Below, one piece after another: positions 38,843-51,200 of a stretch of 60,000 bases of DNA (its first letter is position 1; each line of letters begins with the position of its first letter). The notes under the pieces were generated by a model that worked only from the letters and a program-made list of their open reading frames with translations, was not told the origin of the DNA and ran no database searches. The DNA is from Laetmonice hystrix (lineage: Eukaryota). Both the position numbers and the translations under genes were made by a program. The stretch covers positions 26,476,001 through 26,536,000 of the forward strand of contig OZ249436.1 of the NCBI GenBank assembly GCA_965235115.1, written 5' to 3'.

Positions 38843-39268
38843 CAATACCGTCATACACTATCGAAACATCGCCCAGTGAATCCACTGTCCACGTTCGCAC
38901 ACTGCTAGAAAAACATCAAGCCATTTATTATCGATGGAGCGCATTTTAAGGAACTCAATGCACTTGTCGGCCTTGTGTTCGTTGCAATGACGTCACTAAG
39001 TGGTAATTTCGAGATCACCACAATTTTTTTTTCTCTGAAACGAACGCGATTAACTCATAATTAATGACGTCATTGAGTCGTAATAACGAGTTAATGACGT
39101 CACTAAGTGGTAATTTCAAGATCACCATAAACATTTTTCTCAGAAACGATTTTTTTCTTCATGTCCCCAACAGGGCTCCGTATGCTAGTGATTAGGTACT
39201 CGCACGACACTTGAATATTATCGTGCATGTTTCTTCTACCTGTGGACATAGCAATCGGTTTAAAAGGC

Positions 39269-39824
39269 GTGATCCACAGAGGCCTCCGCCGGCCAATTTT
39301 GGGATCGCGACTGGTCGGCGGCTACTCGCTCGACTCGTACGACTTCAGCTGCAGTGGAGCTGACCTCCGCGCCGACTTATCCAACCACGCCAGTATATTT
39401 TAAATCGGGGGAGCACACAGAGAACATCAACATATTTTGATCGAGTTTTGTTGCTCGTACGTGCGACGGTTTAATTCTCGGATCTCCACTGCCATGTCGA
39501 TCATGTGATCATTGTTTTTGGCCATGCGCGAAAGGAAGACAACGTGCACAGAGAAACATACCTGTTTGATCTTCCACCGTGCTGAGGGAGTGATACTCAT
39601 GTGATTTAAACTTGGCGGGACATTCAAAATGTTCCGCTGAAAATTGTACTCGGTTTGTGGACCTTACAGTCGTGCGTGCGTAAAGAATCGTACGAGTTAA
39701 AATCGCGGGGCCTATGGATTTGAGCGCCGCATACACTCATGCGACTTTTAACTCGTGCGATTCATGACGCGTAAACACATACGACTCCAAAATTGGCAGG
39801 CTGAACAGTTTCTCTGTGGATCAC
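39269..39824. mobile_element. Non-autonomous TIR element, superfamily unassigned
   Basis: 13-bp TIR GTGATCCACAGAG / CTCTGTGGATCAC, flanked by AGGC on both sides. Confidence 0.65.
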
Positions 39825-40289
39825 AGGCTCGCACGGCTAAAACACGCACGAGTCAACATTCTGGAAATCGTGCGACTAATAATCGGCTGCCTGAACCTTC
39901 CTTCCGTGGACAATATCCATCAGACGTTCCTATTCTAGCGCATTACTTTAGTTGTCAATCATTATGTTGTTTGAAGATCTATACGCAGCGTATGCAAGGT
40001 AGTATTTTCACTGCCACCAATGCATGTCAACAAAGAAATTACCACCGACAGTTTTGGACACTAATATGATTGTAATCATTTCTGAGGCTTGATCGCAAGT
40101 TCGAATAAACACGTAGACGGCGGTCCCGTCAAAATGCCGTCAACACATTGACAGTTGTTTGTTTTACCTAGGTTTAACTCCGAGTTAATGCCACCAACTC
40201 GACTATCGAAAGGATTGTTGGATTATTGGATTCCTAGGGGTTATATCATATAGATGTCAGGAATGTCAAAATATAGGCCTACCTGCCCT

Positions 40290-41401
40290 GAGGCGGGGAA
40301 ATCCCACTTATCTCGACGTCATACCTGTCGGAAATATTCTAACATCCTGACTGCTCCATTGAAATTACCTACTCCTGACAGTGGAATATTGGACTAACTA
40401 ATATTCTAACATCCTGACTGCTCCATTGAAATTACCTACTCCTGACAGTGGAATATTGGACTAACTAATATTCTAACATCCTGACTGCTCCATTGAAATT
40501 ACCTACTCCTGACAGTGGAATATTGGACTAACTAATATTCTAACATCCTGCCTGCTCCATTGAAATTACCTACTCCTGACAGTGGAATATTGGACTAACT
40601 AATATTCTAACATCCTGACTGACTGCTCCATTGAAATTACTTACTCCTGACAGTGGAATATTGGACTAACTAATATTCTAACATCCTGACTGCTCCATTG
40701 AAATTACCTACTCCTGACAGTGGAATATTGGACTAACTAATATTCTAACATCCTGCCTGCTCCATTGAAATTACCTACTCCTGACAGTGGAATATTGGAC
40801 TAACTAATATTCTAACATCCTGCCTGCTCCATTGAAATTACCTACTCCTGACAGTGGAATATTGGACTAACTAATATTCTAACATCCTGACTGACTGCTC
40901 CATTGAAATTACCTACTCCTGACAGTGGAATATTGGACTAAATAATATTCTAACATCCTGACTGACTGCTCCATTGAAATTACTTACTCCTGACAGTGGA
41001 ATATTGGACTAACTAATATTCTAACATCCTGCCTGCTCCATTGAAATTACCTACTCCTGACAGTGGAAAATTGGACTAACTAATATTCTAAGATCCTGCC
41101 TGCTCCATTGAAATTACCTACTCCTGACAGTGGAATATTGGACTAACTAATATTCTAACATCCTGACTGCTCCATTGAAATTACTTACTCCTGACAGTGG
41201 AATATTGGACTAACTAATATTCTAACATCCTGACTGCTCCATTGAAATTACCTACTCCTGACAGTGGAATATTGGACTAACTAATATTCTAACATCCTGA
41301 CTGACTGCTCCATTGAAATTACCTACTCCTGACAGTGGAATATTGGACTTAGAAAATGTCGCCCAGGTATGACGCCGAGGTCAGTTGGATTTCCTCGTCT
41401 G
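40290..41401. mobile_element. TIR element filled by a 67/71-bp minisatellite (~15 copies, 40333-41349)
   Basis: Imperfect ~38-bp inverted ends (GGAAATCCCACTTATCTCGACGTCATACCTG / CAGGTATGACGCCGAGGTCAGTTGGATTTCC). Unit AATATTCTAACATCCTGACTGCTCCATTGAAATTACCTACTCCTGACAGTGGAATATTGGACTAACT. Confidence 0.85.
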
Positions 41402-41723
41402 TTCTAAATTATATCATGGAACCTTATAAAATTCGAACTGAGAGAAAAATGCATAAGAATGAGCCAGAAATGACCAGGTAGGGTGCATTACCCTCTAATA
41501 AATGCACTCGTTGTGGATGGTATGATGCATTTTTTACTCGGCTTGTGATAAAAATAAATAAAACTTTCTTCAAAGATAAAAAAAAAAGCTGTGAGCCCCC
41601 ATCAATCAATGATTTGTTGTGTAATTATTCCATGCGAGTTTGAGTCAGTTAGCTTAACGGTCTGACAATTTGTTTCTATCATAATGAAACCAGCCTTACA
41701 GTGGAACGGGAAAGGAGACTCAC

Positions 41724-42327
41724 CAATAGTTGTAATCACGGTGACTGAGAAGAGCAGGGCCCCGGCAAATGACCACCGATATCCAGGGCCGTTGGGCTCA
41801 CCCATAATGCTACAATTCTTGCCATCATATCCGAGATCCAGAACAATTCCGCGATACTTCCGAAGGAGTTTCGTTGTCTCCGTCATGAAAAATTCCTTTG
41901 TATCTTCGTCCAGCCCCAGGTTTGTTACCACCTCCCACATTTTGTGTGTTGTCTCATTTTCCGCTGGGTTGTATTTTTCTTCCGCGAGAATACACTCTTG
42001 TTTCTCGTTGGTTTGTTCTAGATGTCTGAATATAAAACCACCAGCTACAGCATATGCTATAACCATACCACTAAGGCCGATGTGTGAAAAGATAAATTTC
42101 AAAGCCCTTTTGCAGCAGTTTCGATTGGAACTGCGTTTTTCATCTCCGGTCGGGTCGGCGACGTCGCATTCCGCGTCGCGACTATCGCGATCAATGCGGT
42201 CTTCCCCTCGTCCAGTTTGGCGTTCCTTTTCATCTTCGGAGGATGATATATCCCGTGGATTCTCCGGATCTGTTGTCGCATTCTTCCGAAAGCGAGTGAC
42301 CGAGGCAGTATCTTCCTTTGGATCCAG
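41724..42327 (-). CDS. K2P (two-pore-domain) potassium channel, TWK-7/KCNK18-like, coding exon 1 (N-terminus, M1, cap, P1 up to TTI-G); start placed at the putative CUG 42327
   Basis: The frame reads ...NCCKRALKFIFSHIGLSGMVIAYAVAGGFIFRHLE...YDG...WSFAGALLFSVTVITTIG and ends at a phase-1 donor G|GTGAGT (41724/41723). It is open upstream to TAG 42351-42349. The 5' boundary is uncertain because there is no in-frame ATG. Confidence 0.93.
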
Positions 42328-42441
42328 GGTGACAACGTGATTCTCTAACTACTTATACTGCTACACAGCGACCAGTCAGATTCATCCACCTTGAGGGTCC
42401 ACAGTCTGCAACTCTCTGAAATTAAAGGGTAAAAAAGAGGG
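42328..42441 (-). promoter_or_regulatory. Strong splice acceptor (42416/42415) and 5'UTR part of the first coding exon, containing a 10-codon uORF (42385-42353)
   Basis: CCCTCTTTTTTACCCTTTAATTTCAG|AGAG. There are four stops in the channel frame between 42415 and 42349. The uORF reads ATG AAT CTG ACT GGT CGC TGT GTA GCA GTA TAA. Confidence 0.7.
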
Positions 42442-45400
42442 TTGTTATTAAACATCCGGTCTGAAAATGCACTCCATGAACTTAAACAGGAGGGACTTCC
42501 CCTTCACGATACCATACCTCAAGGAGATCGTCACAGTACCTCCGATGTGTTCAGAAAATTAATAACATCCTATAAAGTATACGTTACAAATTTCATTTCC
42601 AACGCACGATGGCGTCCCATGTAGGTCCTAATAAGTTGTAAATGCAATGTACCTGATCCAGCGAAGAAATGATTCGGTTACACTCTTAAGGAAATCACCA
42701 TATCCACTAACATTTTCCAAGTCACTAGCCAAACGACAAAATGGCTGCTGTTCCATCCAGAAACTAAAGGACACCACCAAACAACGACCTCAGAATACTT
42801 TCTATCATCAATATTAAAGGACTATTGATCGAGGCAGTCATGCAGCTATTGTCTGTTTCCTTGAGCGCCACTGACCGCCACTTGGACATGTATCGTCTTT
42901 TTGAACCAGCATCAACAATATTTAGAAGTGATATGAATAGATAGTACGCTAAAGTCGTCGTAAAAGATCAAAGGTCTTTTCTATGGAACTGACTCCAGTC
43001 ATAAAAGAAAAAATGTAGAGTGTATAGGTTATAATGTAAATTAAGAACTTTTGGAAGCTAAACTAAAGTAAATTATTCATGTACTGCAATGCCTTTGACA
43101 AACACGCGTCTGCCTACTATGACGTATACTTACATACAATCATATTGTCAATATTTAAAGGCCAAGCATGAACCTATGAGATGGAATTCTGCATTGGACC
43201 GTCACTCAGGATATTGTCAGAGAACTATATTCAAACCGTGACAAACATTTTAGTACACCCTTTCACCGTTTCTTGTTTCTGTCATATAGAGTGAAAATTC
43301 TCCTGGGTTTCTTTGCTGCATGGATGAGGGCTCAATATACGGCTACCTCATGCCTTGGTGTTCACACCCTTTCTGTCTTCTACTGCGGGGTTACATGAGA
43401 GGGCAGACACTACCCCCTACTGTTCAATATGATAGCTTCGTACGTGCCAATCTTCTCCGAGAGAAACACCAGATCGGTAGCTGTCAGGCCAATAATTTGT
43501 CTCGGGCAGACACGTATCAGAACGATCCATTTCATGGTAAAATATAGGACAAGTGGCATCTCTCACGGAAATTGATTATATGACGTTAGTGGAGCGTAAG
43601 TCAATCTACTCTCCTAACGAACCTGTTGAAATACACAGAAAGTGGAAAGGTAAATTCTACTGCTGTTGTTAAGGCCCCTTGTTGTTATGAACATATTAAC
43701 ATCTTACATCAACTTACTGTAACAGAACATGATTAGTCGCTCTCTTTGGAGTGAAATCATCGAGGAGCAGTCGACTTCAAACGTTTCAAGTTTGTCTGCG
43801 GCTGTTTGCCTTTTCTCCGGAAGTACCAATATATTACCAATTTCAGCAATGTATATTTTATTAGTCAGCCTTGAGATGCAATTATAGTCAGTGTTCTTTG
43901 TGTTTACATAGCTAAATTGTCCAGTGTTTCATAACCGATTGCAAAACTTTCATACCCTATGTAAAATTCCCTGTATGTGAAAACTACCGTAATAGGCCTA
44001 TATAAAAAATATTTGCCCGTATATAGGGCCTAAAACTCCCGCAATGTGTAAAAATTCTGCCCGTATGTAAAAAATCTTCGTTCCCCCAGTATGTAAAATT
44101 CTGCCAGTATAGGGACCTAGAGGCTGTCAAATTGATTTTTACCCGTATACAGGCTATGTAAAATATCTCCCCTTAGGCCTAAATGTAAAAAATACCGACG
44201 AATATAAAATTGAGAAATCAACAGCTGGTTCACGCGTCAATAAAAATACATTATAAATTAATAAACTAATAATTAATTTGTTTTGGTCATGATGACATCC
44301 CGCAAACGAAAAGCTCCTGTAGTTGAAGGGCCACCCCTTACACCTAAACAAGCGCTCCGGCCACCCGCGGCGCTTGACCCCCGCCAGAGGCCAGTCAGCT
44401 AGCCCGTGTGTGTCAGCCAGCTGCTGTCGATCGGCAAATCAAGGTCTGAAACACACCTTGATAACGGTACCAGTGACGCTTTAATATTTGGAGGGATGAT
44501 CGTAGTTGGGGTCCGGTCCAAGTTTCGAAATACTCAATTTTGCAAGGTTTTGTGAGCAGTTCAAAATCAGCTCTCTCGAGTGATTGCCCGTAGGTTAACT
44601 ATGGCGAACTCCGGTCGTCATGTAGGCGCTTGCACCGAGTTTCAAAACGAGGCAGCATAGCAACCCGCAACGGAAAACGGTCTATGAGAGGAATCCAAAT
44701 GTGGGGGGAATGGCTGCAGAAGGAACTTTAACAGATGAATCTTATGAATAGTGAAAACAACACCCATTACGGTCATTCCTATGAGATGAGCTATACCGAC
44801 AACAATGCACCTCCATGCAATATTCGAGTAACCATGCAATAGATGCCGCCTGAGCTCTGGTTCTTGCATACACATGATCAACCGTGCAAGATGGGACATA
44901 AAACTGTCGTTCGCGCCATGGCAAAGGGCTCCGAAATCTTCCGCCATATAACATCGGGTTGCGATCAAACAAACGTCGAGTATGCAGGAGGAGGTCTATT
45001 GATCAAACCGGCCGTGACATACACCACTCTTGGCCCAGCTGGCTGATTCCGGCCGAGGGAGATGACAACCTAACAGCTTGCCGCTTCCTATGCCCACAGT
45101 TGCCGTGCCATTCTCTGGGACTCGGCCCATCAGGAACAGGTCGAACACTGTAAGCTATACATTGTACTTCCGTGAACGAATGATCGTTTTCTAATCGGCT
45201 CTGCTGCGGCAATTCCACCCCCCCCCCCCCAATTTATAGGATGGCATTTCTATCTTCATGATTTTCTTACTCATGAACTTATTACTTTAACCCCAGTCCC
45301 ACCAAAGCCGATCGTACTACGTTCTATGCCGCTCTATCAAGACCTGAAATTTATTTTAAGTCGTGATGAATCGTGATGAAATAATGACAACCCGAAGACC

Positions 45401-45883
45401 TATAGCTACGAATTCACGTCCAACGGCGATTAAGCAACGGATTTCCTAAGATCTCTCAACGATCACGCTGCGTTCTATCATGTTCTATCCCGACATCGCT
45501 CCGACCTTTCCGACCGAGCAACGACTTAGCAACGTTTTATGCCGACCTATGTAGGCTACACCGAAATTCTCTCTGGGGGCAGCTGTGGCTTGATTACAAG
45601 CCAAACAACGCTATTTTCTGGGTAGGAATATGTGTTTCAGACCTCTTTACGCTATCATATAAGAACAACGTAAAGCCAGTCGGAAGACTGTGCCCCTTTA
45701 ATGATGAAATCGAATTTAGTACATTTTGTAGTTGACGGTTTCAAGCACGACACGGGTGAGCGACGGCCTTGCTCGAGATTATGGGAGGAATAAAATGTCC
45801 GTGCTGTTAACTGGAAATTACTGGAAGGACAGCAAATATAACTATGATAAATGGAGGATAAATACCTTCTACCCCGATTTGCT

Positions 45884-45930
<47 letters not shown>

Positions 45931-45940
45931 CTCTCTCTCT
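45884..45940. repeat. (CT)n microsatellite
   Basis: Direct inspection. Confidence 0.93.
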
Positions 45941-47493
45941 GCCCCTATTGTGTCAGCCATCTTTGATTTATGTGATACAGGAGTGGTCCAATTTTCTTCG
46001 GATGCCCCATCACCAAACACCCATAGGCCTACTATAAGACAGCACTATCATCTTCCCAAGTGACAGGGTTGAGAAGAGGACTTTTTCATCCCCCTATTAT
46101 TATATATCGTATACATTAGGCATCAAAGATGGCGGCCATCTTGAATTTATGTGATAAAGGAACAACCCAAATTGAATGTGAAATGTTCTTTCTCTATTGC
46201 ATTCCCTATCCCCGAAAGCCTATACACCAAAATTACCTTTCTAAGTGGTTTGTTTGATAAGTTATATGACTTTTTCTATCTCGACTCCAGCTATCTTGTG
46301 GCGTCCATCTTGGATTTTTTCATTCCCACAGCAACATTTCACAGGGTTCCTCCTCTAATATTAAAAGGGATGACCAAAGGAAGCTATGTAAAAATGTTGG
46401 TGCTTTTATCCGCCCCGTAACGGTAATGAGGCATTGGTTTGTCCGATACATCATTTCATAATGATCTGTACTTTTTCGCCTTAAACAGTCAGAGTGGCCT
46501 GAAACTTATTGAAGCCGACGATGATAAGAACGTTTTTAAATGACAATTAAATAAACGCCACACGTTGTGGACCTTTATTTAGGCAAAACGAGGAGTTTAA
46601 CTGCTTCCTGATATCAATATAGAAGTCTATGCATACATACGGGGGCCATAGGGTGGGTGTGGGGAGGGAATTCGTGGTCTAGGATATTGTGAGCCTTGTT
46701 GTCTCCACCTATAATGAGGCAAGACTATATTTTATACCCATGTAATTTATTGTATCTCATAGCTCTATAATGTATTATCAGTTATGTTATTATTAGTATA
46801 TGTTATTTATCTATGTTATATATTATATTATAATTACTATATCATTTACATGTTATTTATTTATTATTTATCTGTAGAGTCTCCCCGGTTGGGAATGATC
46901 GACGCTGTAATAAAAGTAACATATCCAGTCTCAAGGGTTTTTACTAATAAATAAAGAAAACGAAACGGATCAACACTGGCTTCCATCCACGATTTACATA
47001 TTGCACTTGAACCGGCAATATTTAAAAAGAAAAGTACGCCTGGCTCAGACATCTGCAACGAGTTCGATAATGCATAGATAGCTTGAACACACCATCGTGT
47101 TTTAGCTGTGAAAATTGAAGTGCTGCTTGAGCGTGTCGCCGCCAATTTAGTTTATGCTTTAGTATCTTGAAAGAACAAAATTAAATACGTCACGTGGAAA
47201 TAAATTGGTTACTACAAAACCTCAATTTTCAGTTCCCGGGGGATGTAATTAAACATCGCAGAGCCTCTTACATTTACGATGGATGGCCAAGCGGTTCGAG
47301 GTGCGGGCTGGGGGCCAGTTTGGGCTCGTACCTCTGTTCGCTGGTATCTCATTATGCTCACTATCACACAAATGGACTAAGGTGTGTCAAAGAGAACCTG
47401 GCAGTGTTATTGAATAAAAGAAAGAGGGGTGGGATATCCTGGAATTGTAGATTTCTTCCATAAGAAATCGTTAATTATGAGGAATCTAGGATA

Positions 47494-48290
47494 TATCGGG
47501 TGGGCCAAAAAATTTGGAACACTCTTTTCTTGACTGTAACTTCTAAATTTTTACCCCAATGTCATAATATTTGGAATATGATATCATCTGGTTATTTGGG
47601 GTCGGTGGTACAACTTTCAGATAAATAGGTCAAAACGTCTACAAATAGGGCCATTTTTAAAAATCCGTGTCAAAAATTGCAATGTCGGACCGGGGTCATT
47701 AGCGTGAAGCCGCACGTCTTTTAAGCGGGAAACTGCCTTGAAAAACGTCCCGTCGCGTTGAATGACCCAGTTTTCTTGGTGTGTGTCCCAATTAAGGCAG
47801 GGTTGTTGCCACTCTGTCTGAATGACGTGACGTCAAATGTATGAAATGCCCCCTGCCAAAAACTGGTGGCCAGTCGCGACTTAAACCCCATGGATTACAC
47901 CATTTGGGATAAAGTCTATAAAGGTCGCAAACAAAAATTCGCCGAGAACGAACGGAAGGAGAAAATTCGGGAAGGGTGGGAGGGAATTACTCTAGAAGAA
48001 GTCAGGAAGTCAGCCGGGATATTCAAAAAGAGACTAAGGGCTGTGTGTGAACAGTGAACAGGATGGGGTCACATCGATCATCTTTTCATTTCAACTGAAA
48101 TAGGTAGGTGACACTTAAATGGCTCTCCGGCATTGCATTTTTCGACATGTGATGTTTGATTTGTTTCCACTTAAAGAGTTTTTGGCCTATCTGCCTAAAA
48201 TTTTCACCACAAAATGATATTAACCATATAACATGATGCCATAAATATCAGTGACAAACTATGAAAATTGTAGAAGCTATAGCCAAGTGA
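47494..48290 (+). pseudogene. Internally deleted Tc1/mariner-superfamily element with a transposase C-terminal relic (~47860-48090)
   Basis: TA-TCGGGTGGGCCAAAAAATTTGGAACAC terminus. The translation SRDLNPMDYTIW...KEKIREGWEGITLEEVRKSAGIFKKRLRAVCEQ...GHIDHL matches the SPDLNPxDY...GGHIE motifs. Confidence 0.85.
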
Positions 48291-51200
48291 ATGCTCTGGT
48301 GAGGAATTATGACGTTAAGAAGCCACCACGTTCAGGATGGTCAGATGGATGTCAGAGCGCATGTACACATGACCTTTTCCCTGATCAATGAATAGATTGG
48401 GCGTAGCTGCATTGGTCAGGTTGTCAGTTCAGACAGGGATGATGAAGGAGGTCACTGAGGGGTACGGCTTGTAGCCTTTACGACGAGAGGAAGGATCGGT
48501 GCAGGGGGTAAGTGAGAACTGCACAAGTCTGTCTGCAATATTGCCGGAGGGGTGTTATTTTCGGGAGCATTAATGCAATTTGACGTCTGCCGGGGAAAGG
48601 GGAGGGGGACTTGCTGGGCTGATTACAAAGGGACATTAGTGTAAAGCGGTATTTTAATTCCCCAGAGTGAAATTTCACGGTCAATATGCTCAATGATTAT
48701 GGTGCGAGTGATGGCTGAGTTTGATTGAAAACTTCTACACAGGGACCTGCTCACATACTGAGATTACATCAGTCGGACTGACAACCACATATTTCATCTA
48801 CCTGCTCTTCAACATCATCCACGCAACTTATTTGTTCTCAGTGGACATTTGCACCTGTTGTGTGTGGGGCCCTGTTCCCGCTAGATATGTCCGAACGGTT
48901 AGTTATATCCGACAGGAGATATGTCTGCAAACATGAGCTACATGTGTCCGGAGAAATTGATATGTCCGCAAATATCAGCTAGATGAATACTGCCGGTCTC
49001 TCTCAGCCTTGGCATATCCATTTTAATACATCGCTGAAACTAGAAGACTAGAAGAAAAAACATTTGGAAAGTTGACATCGTTTTGGTGATAGGCCACATT
49101 AATTCGGCTCATTCAGCCTCTCCCAGGTCCTGATGAATGGGAGGCGAGAGCAAGAAAAATTGAGAACAACTAAAAAATCAGGGATTGGTCTGACCCTTCA
49201 GGGTCCAAGTCCTAATGTTCGTATCTGGCGTCTGGAGACACACGATAGCCCATATCTATTTCTAGAATCCTTTAGAAGAGTTGTCCACGGATCTTCGAGT
49301 TTCACCCTCACCTCTTCGTACTGTCAGGTTTTCAACAGCGTCTGTTTCCAGACTACGACCGAACGTGGAGACCAGAGTCTCGCCTTTCCTAGACAGTTGT
49401 ATAGTGTTACTAATTGCTTTACACACCCCGTTGGTCGGGTACCACAGAACAGGTGTGACAGACACAGAACAGGGGTTGATTACGATATTAAACTATATCT
49501 CAGCGAAATCACAAACCTTAAGGTAGTGTACGTTGTAGGTAAACATTTAAGCATACTTAAGTGCATTTGTTTTGATTCTTAACATTTTGGTTTAGTGAAA
49601 ATCAAAGAAACTTGTATACATCCAGGCAACAACCACCCATGCCAACGTCCTATAGAAGAAGGTGACAACAAGCGTCAATAGAGGTTATGCAGTGACGTCA
49701 TTTGGAGGGAAACAGCATGGTTATGTTTATGTACATGGGTATTGGCGGAGTCGGGTCACGGTTCATTGGCTTCGATTGTCCAGGCCTATTTATAAATGTA
49801 CCTCGGTTTCTTGTCATAAGTTTCTTGTCTCACGTCCATGAATTACTCAGGAGTTCATTACTCGTAAAACATAAATTCTGAGTAACAAAAGATGGAGCAA
49901 GTAAGATACCAACTAAACGAAGGACTTTACGTCAAACATAACAAAATGTGCAACGTGGCCTACACTTTTAGGTGCGAAATATTGGGTCACAGGGTAACTA
50001 GTCTCTCATGACAGGGTTATGAGCAGTCAGTATGGTTGAACCCAGACTTGCCACACAAACATATCTCCCATTAGAAAAAAACACAACCGAATCCGATGAT
50101 TTTGGTGTCATTTTTCATTAAAAAAGATTTTCTTTCCTATCATTACGTACCAGCATAACGGAACTATCCTATTCCGTTTTTTCTATAGGCCACCCTGTAT
50201 TACAGAAGGAGCGCATCATTTCCTAAACTGCGAGCAACACTCCAACGGGTGTTACGGGATTCGTAGAGATAAGAATCGGTGCCATTTCTTTATTTGAAAG
50301 ATTTTGAATATTTCTCTACGAGTTGTCCATCGACCACAAAACGACAGTGTATTGGGGAGAGACATTGGTTAGCCCATACTCAATCCCATCCATCAGCTGG
50401 TCCTGGGAATCCCAAATTCTATCATCCTATCTTTTCCTTGCCGGCAGAATTCCTCAATTCTTAAAATAAAAATTACAGTTTAAAACCGATTAGAAGGAAA
50501 CAAACCATTAAACATAATTACATTAAAACGTTGCACTCTATACGGTGTTTGAATATACATATAGTTCAATAAGTTGACAGTCATCACTGTATGGTTAAGG
50601 AAAGTGACTTCTATATAAATCGATAGGGGCCATTGTTATAACTAAAACCAACCTCAGCCGGCCATCGTGGCAAGAAATTATTTAACAGAGACGAAACACG
50701 GTGGTATGCATGTCTATTGATCGTCTGTACCTAGTGCCTTTAATGGCACGGCACAAGGATCCAATGGTCTGGGTCGTAATCGGCCATTCACCTGGGTTCC
50801 TGCTTCTCTCAGCCAAACTACTTGTAATCACGCGATCTAATTGTACGGTGACAAGTTTATGTATACACCATAGCCATATAAACTACGGTTTTGTTCAAGC
50901 TTTGTTGCTTCCAAAGTAGTCCATAGTTTTATAACGACAATGCGTTTCACATGGCTCACTCTCTGAAAGAATAGGTAGACCTCATTAGCATCTCTAGACT
51001 GGCCAGAAACGGCGCGTTCAGCAGTGGACTTGGAAAAGCTGGCATCATCAGTCACTCGACAGTAAAAATAATACTGTGCAGTGAAGCGAAAGGCGTCCGA
51101 CGCTGTGGTGTCTGCCACTATCTCAACATTATGATAAAAATGGTAATTGCACCAAAAGAACCGCCACAGATAAAGGAAGAGACCAGTGCCAAGTTCCTTG

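Noticed and set aside
41684..42340. 218-aa plus-strand ORF
   Set aside because: Antisense shadow of the K2P exon.
44640..45220. Cluster of overlapping short ORFs
   Set aside because: No recognisable motif and no consistent frame or splice signals.
47279..47460. Second tRNA-derived SINE (GGATGGCCAAGCGGTT...)
   Set aside because: A-box-like start only; the B box is degenerate, there is a single copy, and no tail or TSD was found.
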